DNA of 62,592 nucleotides, filler included, from Dugesia japonica (lineage: Eukaryota), in the NCBI GenBank assembly GCA_001938525.1. It is 6 parts of 6 records of this genome, joined end to end, with 100 filler letters (N's around TTAATTAATTAA, not from the genome) between each part and the next. Parts side by side here need not be neighbours in the genome. Positions count along the whole stretch, not along the records: positions 52,879 to 62,592 come from MQRL01385410.1; 5 more parts are not named here. The stretch is one strand, 5' to 3'. Below the pieces are notes generated by a model. That model saw only the letters and a list, made by a program, of their open reading frames with translations. It was not told the DNA's origin and searched no databases. Below, in pieces: positions 60,661 through 62,592 of the stretch. Every line of letters starts with the position of its first letter. Position 1 is the first letter of the stretch. The position numbers were made by a program, and so were the translations under genes.

Positions 60661-61646
60661 TGTGTTATTTCTCATCGATTGGCAAATTATCATTTATTGA
60701 TAAATTGTTTTATGGAGATATTTAACAATATCAACCAAAAAAGTCAATTCCTGGCGAAGACTAAGTCGAAAATTCAAAATATTATCAAAAACAACAAAAA
60801 ATTTAATCGAAGTTTTTATTTTAATGAAATCTGAAAAACGATCAATGGTTACGTCCAACAATTATTCTCGGAGTAATTGTAATTGTCAAACTATTATTTT
60901 TTAATTTAAAAATGCTTCAAATAAAATAACAATAATCTTTACTTGAATGATTTCCTCGTTTTAATACCAATTAAAATTTTTAGTGTTAATTGACTTCATC
61001 TTCAGATATAATATTTAATCCATTTAAAAGTTCTTATATCAAAATTATGATTATATAATCAATTATACAATCTCTTCAACAAATATTTTCTATTTATATA
61101 AGTGTGTTATTTCTCATCGATTGGTAAATTATCATTTATTGATTAATTGTTTAATAGACATATTTAACAAAATCAACCAATTGTGTTTGAAGTGAAAATG
61201 TGACACAATAAAATCAAATTAATATTTTTGAAAATTTTTATTAGTTTTTTCATTCATTTTCTAAAAATTTTAATCTAATTAATTGAATTTTTGCTATTTT
61301 CAATTAACATCTTAGAAAATTGAAAATATTGTATTACAAATATAGTTTATATTTTAATATTAAACAAATTTAGGTTAATTTTGTCTTATAAAAGATAGTT
61401 TGATTAATCATGCTATTACATATTGATTTCACGTAATATACTCAGGAAAGAGGTTATTGTATTACAAGAAAAGAATTATTTTTTATTTCACATGAAACTT
61501 CAATCACTATTTGTATGGTAAACAATTTATTCTTCAAACAGATCATAAAGGCTATTTCTTTTATGCTATCTAAAAAAGCCTATTACATCACAATTTATTA
61601 CATGGATAAATTTTTAAGCAGCTTAGATATTATGATGGAATATCGA

Positions 61647-62025
61647 TAGTTTGATTAGTTCTATTACAAATGGACTTTCTCTAGTAGCCTGTTGGTAAAA
61701 AAGATAATGAGGTTAGAATGTAACAGAAAAACAATATTCTAACTAATAATAGAATCCGGGTGAATACCAAAATTCTTTTCATTCCTTTTTTTAATTTGTA
61801 TTCCATAAATCTAATTATTGGAAATTTTTTTCTACTTTCTATTAACGTGTTAGGAAATTAAAAATATTTCATTAGAAAAATAATTTATTATCAAACAAAT
61901 TTAAGTGTATTGTCTTTTAAAATATAGTTTGATTAGTCCTGGTAGTCTGTTGAAGAAAATATCATGAGGTTATAACGTAACAGAAAAACAATGTTCTAAC
62001 TAATAATAGAATCCGGATGAATACA
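61647..62025. repeat. ~100-bp direct repeat (61647-61767 and 61925-62025)
   Basis: TAGTTTGATTAGT...GTAACAGAAAAACAAT.TTCTAACTAATAATAGAATCCGG.TGAATAC occurs twice. Confidence 0.8.
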
Positions 62026-62592
62026 ATTAAATCTACTAAATAAATTTCAAATGTGTATTTCAATCAGGCTTAAACAGTGACTATTTATAACATTTCCTAA
62101 GTACAGTGAGCATGTTTGTAATTCACTATTGCACCGATCATTTTTGTACTAATAATTTGTTATTAATCACTATTAATCTTGATATTTTATTTCAAAGTCA
62201 AAACGAGTGACATAAAAATTGATTATGCAACCAATCAAAAAACACGTGACAATAGTTTCAAAAACGAAATATTTAGATAATGCAGGCTATTAGTCAAAGG
62301 TGTTAATCACGACCAACTCATGCTTTCTTGAAGCAGGTTAACTGTAATATTGTTGCAATAGCCTGCATTAAATATTGCTTGTATAATTTTAAAATTATAT
62401 TTTTATTTTCACATTAAAAAACTAATTAAAGCATTTTATAAAATATAGAAATAGGCTTTTAATTTTTTAAAAGTTAAAATTGTATTGTAATCGTTCTATT
62501 TTGCTTTATTGTCATTGGTTGTGTGCTGGGTTTTTTAAGAATATGATTTTCGATAAAATTTACCTACTTAAAATTGAGAAACTTCCGGTATT

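Noticed and set aside
62279-62369. 13-bp inverted repeat AATGCAGGCTATT/AATAGCCTGCATT
   Set aside because: It is a single copy with no TSD established and is probably a MITE remnant.

Overview
AT-rich eukaryotic DNA, probably a flatworm/planarian (inferred from the VCP sequence, 44-58 nt introns and abundant (AAT)n). It is six ~10-12 kb segments joined by artificial N44-TTAATTAATTAA-N44 linkers, so adjacency across linkers is not assumed. Host genes, all partial: acid lipase (LIPA-like), a spectrin-repeat/coiled-coil gene, a TDRD9/spindle-E-like helicase exon, PAFAH1B2/3 and VCP/CDC48. The rest is largely transposon debris (gypsy, mariner, Tc1, pogo/Tigger, hAT MITEs, Penelope-like pieces with hammerhead motifs). 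The most striking element is a family of very long LTRs (1.7-3.3 kb, TGTTGG...CCAACA ends) present as at least four divergent copies, several next to (AAT)n. Downstream of the LTR promoter lies a cassette of small exon-like ORFs with splice acceptors and polyA signals. These are conserved at the protein level between copies, with synonymous-biased change and conserved acceptor phase. The one copy that keeps its 3' internal region carries a decayed IAP-like gene (BIR-like/UBA-like/RING) and coiled-coil ORFs ahead of the polypurine tract.
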